DNA of 64,000 nt, taken from assembly GCA_003164895.1 (NCBI GenBank), contig PLUL01000039.1, forward strand, positions 4,307 to 68,306, read 5' to 3'. A program made the translations under genes and the position numbers. This document shows positions 30,483 through 38,748 of the stretch, piece by piece (within the stretch, counting starts at the first letter, position 1; the number at the start of each line of letters is the position of its first letter). The notes under the pieces were generated by a model that saw only the letters and a list, made by a program, of their open reading frames with translations, was not told the DNA's origin and ran no database searches. This stretch comes from Bacteroidota bacterium (GTDB lineage: Bacteria > Bacteroidota > Bacteroidia > Palsa-948).

Positions 30483-30498
30483 AGTGATTTAAATCACT
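30483..30498. promoter_or_regulatory. Perfect 16-bp palindrome AGTGATTTAAATCACT (FNR/CRP-type TGAT-N4-ATCA box)
   Basis: Perfect inverted repeat in the 460-bp leader, 241 nt upstream of the ATG at 30739. Confidence 0.5.
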
Positions 30499-30738
30499 AT
30501 TGAAATTGATAAAAAACAACGGAATTACAAATCATTATCATTTTCTAAGAAATTTAAAAAATGTTCTTTTGATTCGTGAAAATAAGTCAACAAACACGAA
30601 TTTGAAACCTGCAATAAATTATTTTAAAAGATGAGAAAAAACAAGTCAACTAATGATAAGAGTCATTGCATGGTACACGATTCTTTCTTCTCTTTGCCGC
30701 GTAATTATTTTAGTTCTTAACCAATTAAAAAAAACATT

Positions 30739-31161
30739 ATGCGATTCAAAATTAAATTTCATCATTTGCTTCTTATGGGAGCTTTGATGTTCGGTTCTTG
30801 TCAAAAAGAATATGTAACACCTAAGCCATCTACACCACCACCACCACCCGGATCAATAAAATTTTCAGCAGATATTGTTCCAATCTTCATAACAAACTGT
30901 GGGAAATCAGGATGCCATGATGCTACTACTGATAAGGCAGGATTGAATTTATCTACTGCTGCTACAGCATATGAAGATCTTTTCGACAATAGTGAAATTG
31001 ATACAACAAATTTACCGAGCAGTGCTGCAACCAGTAATTTGTATATAAGAATGACGAGTACTAATACTCCTATGCCACCTCTTTCAGCAGGAGGCAAATT
31101 ATCGTCAACCGAAACAGATAAAGTTTTAGCATGGATAAAGGCAGGAGCAAAAAATAATTAA
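30739..31161 (+). CDS. Lipoprotein with planctomycete-cytochrome-c-like (PSCyt-type) domain carrying CX4CH instead of CXXCH
   Basis: Lipobox LMFGSC. IVPIFITNCGKSGCHD...LNLST...MPP...L...ETDKVLAWIKAGAKNN follows the PSCyt1-like pattern, but four residues separate the cysteines. Paralogue at 43194-43595. Confidence 0.55.
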   Translation: MRFKIKFHHLLLMGALMFGSCQKEYVTPKPSTPPPPPGSIKFSADIVPIFITNCGKSGCHDATTDKAGLNLSTAATAYEDLFDNSEIDTTNLPSSAATSNLYIRMTSTNTPMPPLSAGGKLSSTETDKVLAWIKAGAKNN

Positions 31162-31194
31162 ATAAATAAAAGAAACGATAAAAAACTAAAATAT

Positions 31195-32103
31195 ATGAAA
31201 TCAAAAATATTTCTTCTAATTCCTCTGCTTTGGGCAGGAGCAGCCATAGCGCAGGACAGCACCGGTACGGAAAAGCCAGCGAAAAAAAATCTGCCGGTGA
31301 AAAATGCATTTGAAAGCAACTGGATTATGAATAATCAAAGCATGGTTGTTCCTTTTGCAAATACACTTGAGTTTGACATTAACCATCGTTTTGGCACGGT
31401 TGAAAAGGGTGACGATATGCTCGGCATGTATGAACCTGCGAATATTCGTTTGGGAGTAACTTATACTCCGATGAAGAACCTACAAATAGGAGGAGGGATT
31501 ACGAAAGAATCAATGATGAATGATTTAAACCTTAAATGGAATATATTACAGCAAACTCGCTCAGGTAGTTTTCCGGTTTTTATTACTTATTACGGAAATG
31601 TAGTGGTTAACGGGACAAGAAACGGAGTTAATTGGTCTATCAAAGGTGTTGATGGAAAAGACAGTATTGTAAATGAAAAATTTCCTAATGATGCCAGCCG
31701 TTTTTCTTATTTCAATCAGTTAATTATTGGAAGAAAATTTTGTGACTGGCTTTCTGTACAGGTAGCCGTTTCCTATGCTCATTATAATTTAATTGATACC
31801 ACAAATGGAAATCCTCACGATAGGAAGAATGATAATCTGGCAATAAGTATAGCCGGACGCGTTAAAACTACAGCAACAATGTCTGTTCTCTTTGCTTACG
31901 ATATGCCATTGAATCCGGCAACAGGAGTAAAACCAAATTTAGCATTGGGAGTTGAGTGGTCAACCGGCTCTCATGCATTTCAAATATTTCTTTCGCCATA
32001 CACATCCATCATCAATCAGCAAGATATGGTCTACAATACCAATGATTTCACAAAGAAACAAGTTGCCATCTGTTTTAATATTTCAAGACTTTGGAATTTT
32101 TAA
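31195..32103 (+). CDS. Outer-membrane beta-barrel protein (HRFG-motif family)
   Basis: Signal peptide, motif LEFDINHRFG, alternating beta-strand pattern, C-terminal NISRLWNF (terminal Phe). Paralogue at 43621-44535 (FEFTIQHRFG, ...ITKRWNYF). Confidence 0.6.
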   Translation: MKSKIFLLIPLLWAGAAIAQDSTGTEKPAKKNLPVKNAFESNWIMNNQSMVVPFANTLEFDINHRFGTVEKGDDMLGMYEPANIRLGVTYTPMKNLQIGGGITKESMMNDLNLKWNILQQTRSGSFPVFITYYGNVVVNGTRNGVNWSIKGVDGKDSIVNEKFPNDASRFSYFNQLIIGRKFCDWLSVQVAVSYAHYNLIDTTNGNPHDRKNDNLAISIAGRVKTTATMSVLFAYDMPLNPATGVKPNLALGVEWSTGSHAFQIFLSPYTSIINQQDMVYNTNDFTKKQVAICFNISRLWNF

Positions 32104-32164
32104 TTAAAAAAATAAATAGAAAATAAAATTTAAAACACAAACCGCCTCTTTAAAAAATAACCCT

Positions 32165-32992
32165 ATGAAAAAATCAATTACCCTAACATTAGCAGGCATC
32201 GTTGCCATTGGAGCTATGTCGTTCGACATTTTAACGAGCAATGGAAAAGCAGGAAAGACCGGTGCATATACTGAAGGCAATTGCACAAGTTGCCACAGTG
32301 ATTATGCTGTCAATTCAGGACCTGGATCCATTGCGATTACATCCACTCCGTCACTTACAAACGGTTATGTTGCCGGAACTACTTATACAGTAAATGTAAC
32401 AGTAGCACAGTCAGGAGTTTCTCTTTTTGGATTTGATTTTGAAGCCTTAACAAATGCAACTACCAATGGAGGAACGCTTGCCGTTGTTTGTACTGATACT
32501 AAAACCTTAGCTTCATCAAGTCGGACTGATGTTGTTCACACAGGAACCGGTAATGCTACCGCAGATTCACATACATTTTCTTTTGTGTGGACCGCACCCA
32601 CCACTGGTACTAGCACCGTTACTTTCTATGCATCTGGAAATGCCGCTGATGGAGATGGATCAACAAGTGGTGACTATATATATACAACATCATTACCCAT
32701 TTCTAATGTTACCAGTGTAGAAGAAAACGTTGAAGCAAACTTTAACCTCTCAGTTTTTCCAAATCCGGTTTCTGATAATGTTAATGTTAAATTTACTTTA
32801 ATGGAAACATCTGATATTACCATTGATCTGATGGACATTAACGGGAACAAAATTGCCAATATTATTTCTGAAAACGGAATGAAAGGCGACATCAACAAAA
32901 CCTTTAATGTTTCTTCTTATTCCAAAGGAGTTTATTTTCTGCAAATAAAAAATGAGAAAGCATCATCTATTAAAAAATTAATTATTAAATAA
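32165..32992 (+). CDS. T9SS-sorted protein with N-terminal CXXCH-containing Reeler/DOMON-like beta-sandwich domain
   Basis: Signal peptide, GNCTSCHSDY (CXXCH) at the start of the mature domain, FSFVWTAPTTGTSTVTFYASGNAADGDG (Reeler-like pattern), and T9SS tail VFPNPVSDNVNVKF...GVYFLQIKNEKASSIKKLIIK. Confidence 0.6.
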   Translation: MKKSITLTLAGIVAIGAMSFDILTSNGKAGKTGAYTEGNCTSCHSDYAVNSGPGSIAITSTPSLTNGYVAGTTYTVNVTVAQSGVSLFGFDFEALTNATTNGGTLAVVCTDTKTLASSSRTDVVHTGTGNATADSHTFSFVWTAPTTGTSTVTFYASGNAADGDGSTSGDYIYTTSLPISNVTSVEENVEANFNLSVFPNPVSDNVNVKFTLMETSDITIDLMDINGNKIANIISENGMKGDINKTFNVSSYSKGVYFLQIKNEKASSIKKLIIK

Positions 32993-33061
32993 TATTTATT
33001 TGGCGCATGAAATCACTTCGGATATCAGAAAAAAAATATCTGAAATAAAATTGAAAAGTTT

Positions 33062-33970
33062 ATGGAAGGGAACGACAATAACAACGATCGCAGGAATTTT
33101 TTGAAGGCAGGATTGCTAACAGGCGGTTCATTATTAGCCGCATCTGCATTGCAATCTGTTTTTTCATCTGAAAAAGATTCCGGTGAAAAAGTAAAAGTGC
33201 TTACCACCGATGGGAAATTGGTGGAAGTGGATTCTACTCACATCAAGAAAGCTCAACCTTGTTGTGTCAATTCCAAGGAATCGCGTGTTGGAATTCCTGA
33301 TAAAAAATTTGTGATGGTAATTGATATGTCTCGTTGTAAAGATGCACTCAAATGTCAGAAGTCATGCGCTAAGCATCATGCATTACCCGAAGATGTGAAA
33401 TGGCTAAAGGTTTTAAAAATGCAGGAGTCGGAAGAAACTGCTCCATACTGGATGCCGAAACCATGTTTTCATTGCGATCATCCGCCTTGCGTGAAAGTTT
33501 GTCCGGTTGATGCAACTTATAAAAGGAGTGATGGAATCGTGTTGATAGATAATGAGCGTTGTATTGGTTGCAGATTTTGCATGGCAGCTTGTCCGTATTC
33601 CGCAAGATCATTTAATTGGGGAGAACCAAAAATCCCTACTGATGCAAATTATTCTCCCGAAACAAGTGTGCCAAGAAAAAAAGGAACAGTTGAGAAATGT
33701 GATTTCTGTCCTGATATGTTAAGGCAAGGAAAACTTCCGCATTGTGTTTCAGCTTGTCCGAATGGTGTATATTATTTTGGTGATTTGAATGAAGATACGG
33801 TTACCAATGGTGATGAAACACTTAGGTTTAGTCAGCTTATTAAGGATAAAGCAGGTTACAGAGAATTGGAATCACTCGGTACAGAACCGAGCGTTTATTA
33901 TTTGCCAGCTGCAAATCGAATTTTTCCTTTTAAAGATAGAGTGGAAAATAAAGAGGAACATCAACATTAA
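33062..33970 (+). CDS. Tat-exported 4Fe-4S ferredoxin-type subunit (NrfC/PsrB/ActB2-like), module 1
   Basis: Twin-arginine motif DRRNFLKAGLL. Cluster motifs CFHCDHPPCVKVCP, CIGCRFCMAACP and CDFCPDMLRQGKLPHCVSACP are present. The first cluster motif is atypical (CKDALKCQKSC). Confidence 0.8.
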   Translation: MEGNDNNNDRRNFLKAGLLTGGSLLAASALQSVFSSEKDSGEKVKVLTTDGKLVEVDSTHIKKAQPCCVNSKESRVGIPDKKFVMVIDMSRCKDALKCQKSCAKHHALPEDVKWLKVLKMQESEETAPYWMPKPCFHCDHPPCVKVCPVDATYKRSDGIVLIDNERCIGCRFCMAACPYSARSFNWGEPKIPTDANYSPETSVPRKKGTVEKCDFCPDMLRQGKLPHCVSACPNGVYYFGDLNEDTVTNGDETLRFSQLIKDKAGYRELESLGTEPSVYYLPAANRIFPFKDRVENKEEHQH

Positions 33971-34032
33971 TTTATGCAATTTATTTTTCAAAAAAAATTA
34001 AAGAGTGATTTGAATAAATAATTTTTCAATTT

Positions 34033-35403
34033 ATGGAAGACATCGTAAAACCGGCAAATGACGCAGAAGCAATTAAAATGTTGCACCAATTTAATGAGGA
34101 TTTATTGCCAAAAAAATTTGGTAAGATTGGTGTAACATGGGTGCTTTTTCTTTGCGTTATCATTATTAATGGATTATTTTTTTACGTCAAACAATTAAGA
34201 AATGGATTAAGTGTAACCGGAATGGGCGACATTGTTTCATGGGGAATTTATATATCCAATTTTGTTTTTTTTGTAGCAATAAGTTTGGTCGGTTCATTAA
34301 TTACTGCCGTACTTTACCTTTTAAATGTAAACTGGCGCTCACCGCTTACACGGATTGCAGAAATTATTGCAGTCGCAGCCATCGTTTTTGCCGGTCTTAT
34401 TATTATAGTAGATATGGGGCGACCGGATCGAATTCTGAACATGTTTATTTATGGAAGAATTCAATCGCCAATAGTTTGGGATGTGATAGTTGTAATGACT
34501 TATATGACGATAAGTCTTTTACTTCTATATTTTCCGTTGCTTCCTGGAATTGCTTTTTGCAGAGACCGTCTTCCTGGTATTCCAAAATGGCAGAAATGGA
34601 TGTACAAATTCTTATCATTTGGATGGCAATGGAAACCGGAACAATTCAAAATTGTGAAAAGAGCTATTGCAATTTTATCGGTACTAATTATTCCGGTTGC
34701 GTTTAGCATTCACACCGTTACTTCGTGGTTATTTGCTACTACATATCGTCCGGGCTGGGACAGCAGCATTTTCGGTCCTTACTTTGTAGCCGGTGCATTT
34801 ATGGTGGGAGCTGGTGGAGTTATTGCTGCCATGTACGTTCTTGTAAGATTTTTTCCGCGCTACGACAAGTATATCACCGATAAACATTTTGACCGCATGG
34901 GAATTTTACTTGCGTTGCTCTCCATGGTTTATTTATACTTTAATATAAATGAATACATGGTTCCCGGTTATAAAATGAAAGGTGAAGATGCACAATACCT
35001 CACAGAATTATTTGTAGGAAAATTTGCGATGATGTTTTGGTCAGTTCAGGTTTTTGGAATGATAATTCCCATTATTCTTCTTTTGTTCAAAAAATTCAGA
35101 CGCCCTTTTCCGATTTTTATTATTTCGATTTGTGTGATTGTCGGAGCATGGTTCAAACGTTTTCTGATTGTCATTCCTACTTTACTTCATCCCTTTCTTC
35201 CAATTCAGGAGGTTCCCGAAAAATTTAAAGTATACATACCCACTCTTGCGGAATGGTCAATCACTCTTGCCTCATTGGCTGGAGCGTTATTAATCATCAC
35301 AGTTTTTATTCGTTATTTTCCAATTATTTCTATTTGGGAAGTGGCTGAAGAAAGAGGAATAGGACATGATGTAATTTATAAACATTTAAACGAAAAAGAA
35401 TGA
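34033..35403 (+). CDS. NrfD/PsrC/ActC-like polytopic quinone-interacting membrane subunit, module 1
   Basis: 456 aa with ~10 hydrophobic helices. Family-like segments include VSWGIYISNFVFFVAISLVGSLI, DMGRPDR and GPYFVAGAF. It lies directly after the FeS gene, the classic NrfC-NrfD order. Confidence 0.75.
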   Translation: MEDIVKPANDAEAIKMLHQFNEDLLPKKFGKIGVTWVLFLCVIIINGLFFYVKQLRNGLSVTGMGDIVSWGIYISNFVFFVAISLVGSLITAVLYLLNVNWRSPLTRIAEIIAVAAIVFAGLIIIVDMGRPDRILNMFIYGRIQSPIVWDVIVVMTYMTISLLLLYFPLLPGIAFCRDRLPGIPKWQKWMYKFLSFGWQWKPEQFKIVKRAIAILSVLIIPVAFSIHTVTSWLFATTYRPGWDSSIFGPYFVAGAFMVGAGGVIAAMYVLVRFFPRYDKYITDKHFDRMGILLALLSMVYLYFNINEYMVPGYKMKGEDAQYLTELFVGKFAMMFWSVQVFGMIIPIILLLFKKFRRPFPIFIISICVIVGAWFKRFLIVIPTLLHPFLPIQEVPEKFKVYIPTLAEWSITLASLAGALLIITVFIRYFPIISIWEVAEERGIGHDVIYKHLNEKE

Positions 35404-36347
35404 AAAATAAAATATCATCTCAGAGGCGGATACTTTCACACATTTATTCATTAGTGATTTTGCTATTAATAAATGGATTTGTTCTCGTTGGAAATAAGGC
35501 AATGTGTCAGGGCAAACAGGAAGGTGCAGAAAAAAAATCCATTTCCATCTCTCTAAGCTGTAAAACTTCCGATGGATTAAAACAAGTTAAAGTAAAAGCT
35601 ACTCGCAGAGAGAATAAAAAAAGTATTCCGCTAGATAATGCAAAATCTCCTATCGCATTATATTTTGATAAAGTTGGAGATAAAGATCCATCAAATGGAA
35701 CTGGACTTATTGGTAAACTTTATTTGAATGATGATGGAGAAGTGAATTTTGATCTTCCAGATAATTTTAATTCACAAACATCTGGGTTACATCAATTCAA
35801 ATTTATTGTCAAGTTGGAATCAGATCCATTGTATGAAGATGCTCAAGAAGAAATTTCTATTTCAGATGCAAAAATCAATATTGATTATTTCGGAAAGGAT
35901 TCTATCAAGACAGCAACAGCAACATTAACCGAATGGAAAGATACTGCGTATGTTCCTGTTTCAGGAGTAGAAATGAAACTATCCATCAAAAGAGCATTCA
36001 GTCTGTTTTCCTTTGGCGGTGAAGGACTTACTACGGATAAAAGCGGAAATGTATCTGCTGATCTTCCTTTGGATATTCCCGGAGAACCAGGTGGAAAAAT
36101 TACAATTGTTGCAAGTGTGATTGACAACGATACTTATGGTTCGCTTGAAAGTACAAAGAAAGTAGAGTGGAGTGTTCTTCCCAAAACAAACGAAGAAATT
36201 GGACGAACACTTTGGTCAAGAGGAAATAACGCGCCAATTTCATTAGTCATTATTTCTTGTTCCATCATTGCGGTAATCTGGGGAATACTGATTTATCTTG
36301 TTTTCCAGTTATTTAAAATAAAAAAAATAAGTAAACAACAAGCGTAA
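35400..36347 (+). CDS. Uncharacterised periplasmic beta-rich protein with C-terminal membrane anchor, module 1
   Basis: ATGA start/stop overlap with the NrfD-like gene (35400-35403). It has an N-terminal hydrophobic leader and ~250 aa without Cys/His cofactor motifs. A C-terminal TM (ISLVIISCSIIAVIWGILIYLVFQLF) is followed by a basic tail. Paralogue at 40219-41094. Confidence 0.6.
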   Translation: MKNKISSQRRILSHIYSLVILLLINGFVLVGNKAMCQGKQEGAEKKSISISLSCKTSDGLKQVKVKATRRENKKSIPLDNAKSPIALYFDKVGDKDPSNGTGLIGKLYLNDDGEVNFDLPDNFNSQTSGLHQFKFIVKLESDPLYEDAQEEISISDAKINIDYFGKDSIKTATATLTEWKDTAYVPVSGVEMKLSIKRAFSLFSFGGEGLTTDKSGNVSADLPLDIPGEPGGKITIVASVIDNDTYGSLESTKKVEWSVLPKTNEEIGRTLWSRGNNAPISLVIISCSIIAVIWGILIYLVFQLFKIKKISKQQA

Positions 36348-36401
36348 AATAAAACACAAACCAAAAATCAATACTAACACTAAAAACCAAGGAGGCAATT
36401 T

Positions 36402-36854
36402 ATGAAATCAAATCCAAAACAACCAACTTTTGCAGCAGTTACAACGGTAATCATGCTGTTTGTATTTGTAGGAATGCTCAGTATGTCATTCATGAATAAT
36501 TCTCAGGATGATAAAAAGAAAAAACCATGGGTAGTACTGGAAAAATCGAAAGCAATGAAAAACCCTGTGAAAGCGGACGCTACTTCACTATCGAAAGGAA
36601 AAGAATTATATACTAAACATTGTAAATCGTGCCATGGATCCGCAGGAAAAGGCGACGGACCTAAAGCAAAAGAATTAGATACTCCAACCGGTGATTTTAC
36701 TGACAAATCATTTCAGGCGCAGACTGAAGGAGAGATTTTTTACAAAGCTAAAGAGGGTAGAGATGATATGCCAAGCTTCAAGAAAAAACTTCCGGAAGAC
36801 GAAGATATTTGGACGATCGTTAATTATGTGCGTTCATTATCAGGAGCGAAATAG
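36402..36854 (+). CDS. Membrane-anchored class I monohaem cytochrome c, module 1
   Basis: N-terminal TM segment, CKSCHG haem motif, distal Met region GRDDMPSF, conserved C-terminal WTIVNYVRSL. Confidence 0.8.
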   Translation: MKSNPKQPTFAAVTTVIMLFVFVGMLSMSFMNNSQDDKKKKPWVVLEKSKAMKNPVKADATSLSKGKELYTKHCKSCHGSAGKGDGPKAKELDTPTGDFTDKSFQAQTEGEIFYKAKEGRDDMPSFKKKLPEDEDIWTIVNYVRSLSGAK

Positions 36855-36878
36855 TTTTATGAATTCATTTTTTTAAAC

Positions 36879-36914
36879 AACAGGGAAAAGAATATCAAAA
36901 ATCTTTTCCCTGTT
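36879..36914 (+). terminator. Intrinsic terminator after module 1
   Basis: AACAGGGAAAAGA (36879-36891) pairs with TCTTTTCCCTGTT (36902-36914) as a 13-bp perfect stem, followed by AATTTATGT. Confidence 0.6.
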
Positions 36915-36935
36915 AATTTATGTCTCAATTAATTT

Positions 36936-37424
36936 ATGCAACTTGAAAAAGAAATACACCAGGTCAAGCCATTCAGGAACGACTATCATAAAGCGTCTGT
37001 AAATATTGTTTATACAGGAAAATGGATGATGCAGTTTCATGCAGATATATTAAAACCCTACGGCTTAACAATTCAGCAATATAATATTCTACGAATCTTA
37101 CGAGGTCAATATCCAAATGCCACAACGGTAAAACTTATTCGTGAACGGATGCTCGATCGTATGAGCGATGCATCTCGAATCGTTGAACTCCTCCGAAAAA
37201 AAGGATTAGTTGAGAGAACTATTTGCGCAGGAGACAGAAGAAGGATGGATGTCGTAATCACTCAACTTGGTATTTATCGGTTGATTGAAATTGAAAATGA
37301 AAACGAGCGTATGGATAAACGTCTCTTTAGTTTAGATGATCAAGAAATTATTCAACTGAATACACTTCTTGATAAAATCAGGAATATTCCTGATATTTTG
37401 CCTTCTGTTGTACCTTCATTATAG
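36936..37424 (+). CDS. MarR family transcriptional regulator
   Basis: 162 aa winged-helix pattern: LTIQQYNILRILRG...RMLDRMSDASRIVELLRKKGLVER...DRRRMDVVIT. Paralogue at 48569-49030. Confidence 0.8.
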   Translation: MQLEKEIHQVKPFRNDYHKASVNIVYTGKWMMQFHADILKPYGLTIQQYNILRILRGQYPNATTVKLIRERMLDRMSDASRIVELLRKKGLVERTICAGDRRRMDVVITQLGIYRLIEIENENERMDKRLFSLDDQEIIQLNTLLDKIRNIPDILPSVVPSL

Positions 37425-37462
37425 TATTCCATCTTATTTCACAATGTTATAATCACCAAAAG

Positions 37463-37476
37463 TTGATATAAATCAC
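37463..37476. promoter_or_regulatory. FNR-type box TTGATATAAATCAC
   Basis: TGAT-N4-ATCA core with a canonical TTGAT left half-site, embedded in AAAAG...CTTTT flanks, 229 nt upstream of the module 2 ATG (37705). Confidence 0.45.
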
Positions 37477-37704
37477 TTTTGATTATGACGAGAATCATTT
37501 CAATTCATGATTCAAGTCATTGCCCTGATTCGTAAACATATTCACATTTGCTCATTAAATGTTACAACAACTTATGTTATACAATTTTAAAAAAAAACAA
37601 ATATGCAAAAAAAATTAGATGTGTGAGGCAAATCATTTTATATAGTAATATATCTCTATTTCTTAAATGAAAAAAATCACTAATGCACATAAAAAAATAA
37701 TATT

Positions 37705-38700
37705 ATGATAGACCAAAATGAACAAAATGGAAACGGCTCAGGAGCTGAATCTAAGGCAACAGGCAGACGAAACTTCCTTAAGTTCGGTGCTTTAGCAGCA
37801 GGACTTACTGTAGTGGGTGGTGGACTACAGAAAGTTTTGTCTCAAGATAAAAAGGAAAACCCAGATACCACCGTGTTCACACGAGATGGAAAGGTTTTCA
37901 AAGCCGACAAAGCATGTTTGCATGAATACACTGCTCCGCCGGTAACAAATGCCGAAGCCCGCATAGGTATTCCCGGTAAAAAATTTACTATGGTGTTTGA
38001 TCTTGCAAAGTGCGATGGTTGTAAAAAATGTACTGAATCCTGTCAGGCAATGCACTTTACTGAATCCGACCGTGAATGGATAAAAGTGTATAAGATGAAG
38101 GATGCTGAAACAACCGCTTCCTATTATATGCCCAAACCTTGTATGCATTGCGACAATCCTCCTTGCACAAAAGTTTGTCCGGTTGGAGCAACTTTCAAAA
38201 GAGAAGATGGTATTGTTCTAATTGATGATGATAGATGCATAGGTTGTCGTTCTTGCATGGCTGCATGTCCTTACTCTGCACGTTTTTTCAATTGGTCAGA
38301 TCCAATGCAACCTGTAGCTGTTGCTAATATCCCTTATTCCCCAGAACATGGATTTCCACGCCAAAGAGGAACGACTGAAAAATGTGATTTCTGTCCACAC
38401 ATGATTCGTGAAGGGAAAATGCCCGCTTGTGTATCTGGATGTCCAATGCAAGCAATTTATTTTGGCGATCAGAATGAAGATGCTGTAACAAATTCAGCCG
38501 GGGTTACTGTAAAATTCAGCCAGCTTTTAGAAGATAATAGTGCTTATCGATTATTGGAAGAATTAGGAACAGAGCCACGTGTATATTATTTGCCTCCTAA
38601 AAACAGGAAATATCCTAAGCCAGATATGGAATCTATAGGAAAGGAAAATAAGATTGAAGGCGGAAAATCTGATACAGGAATGGGAAATATGGCTATGTAA
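37705..38700 (+). CDS. Tat-exported 4Fe-4S ferredoxin-type subunit (NrfC/PsrB/ActB2-like), module 2
   Basis: Twin-arginine motif GRRNFLKFGAL and four complete cluster motifs: CDGCKKCTESC, CMHCDNPPCTKVCP, CIGCRSCMAACP, CDFCPHMIREGKMPACVSGCP. Confidence 0.85.
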   Translation: MIDQNEQNGNGSGAESKATGRRNFLKFGALAAGLTVVGGGLQKVLSQDKKENPDTTVFTRDGKVFKADKACLHEYTAPPVTNAEARIGIPGKKFTMVFDLAKCDGCKKCTESCQAMHFTESDREWIKVYKMKDAETTASYYMPKPCMHCDNPPCTKVCPVGATFKREDGIVLIDDDRCIGCRSCMAACPYSARFFNWSDPMQPVAVANIPYSPEHGFPRQRGTTEKCDFCPHMIREGKMPACVSGCPMQAIYFGDQNEDAVTNSAGVTVKFSQLLEDNSAYRLLEELGTEPRVYYLPPKNRKYPKPDMESIGKENKIEGGKSDTGMGNMAM

Positions 38701-38748
38701 AAATGACAAAACAAAAAATTAATCATAAGAAAATTAAATAAAAAAAAT

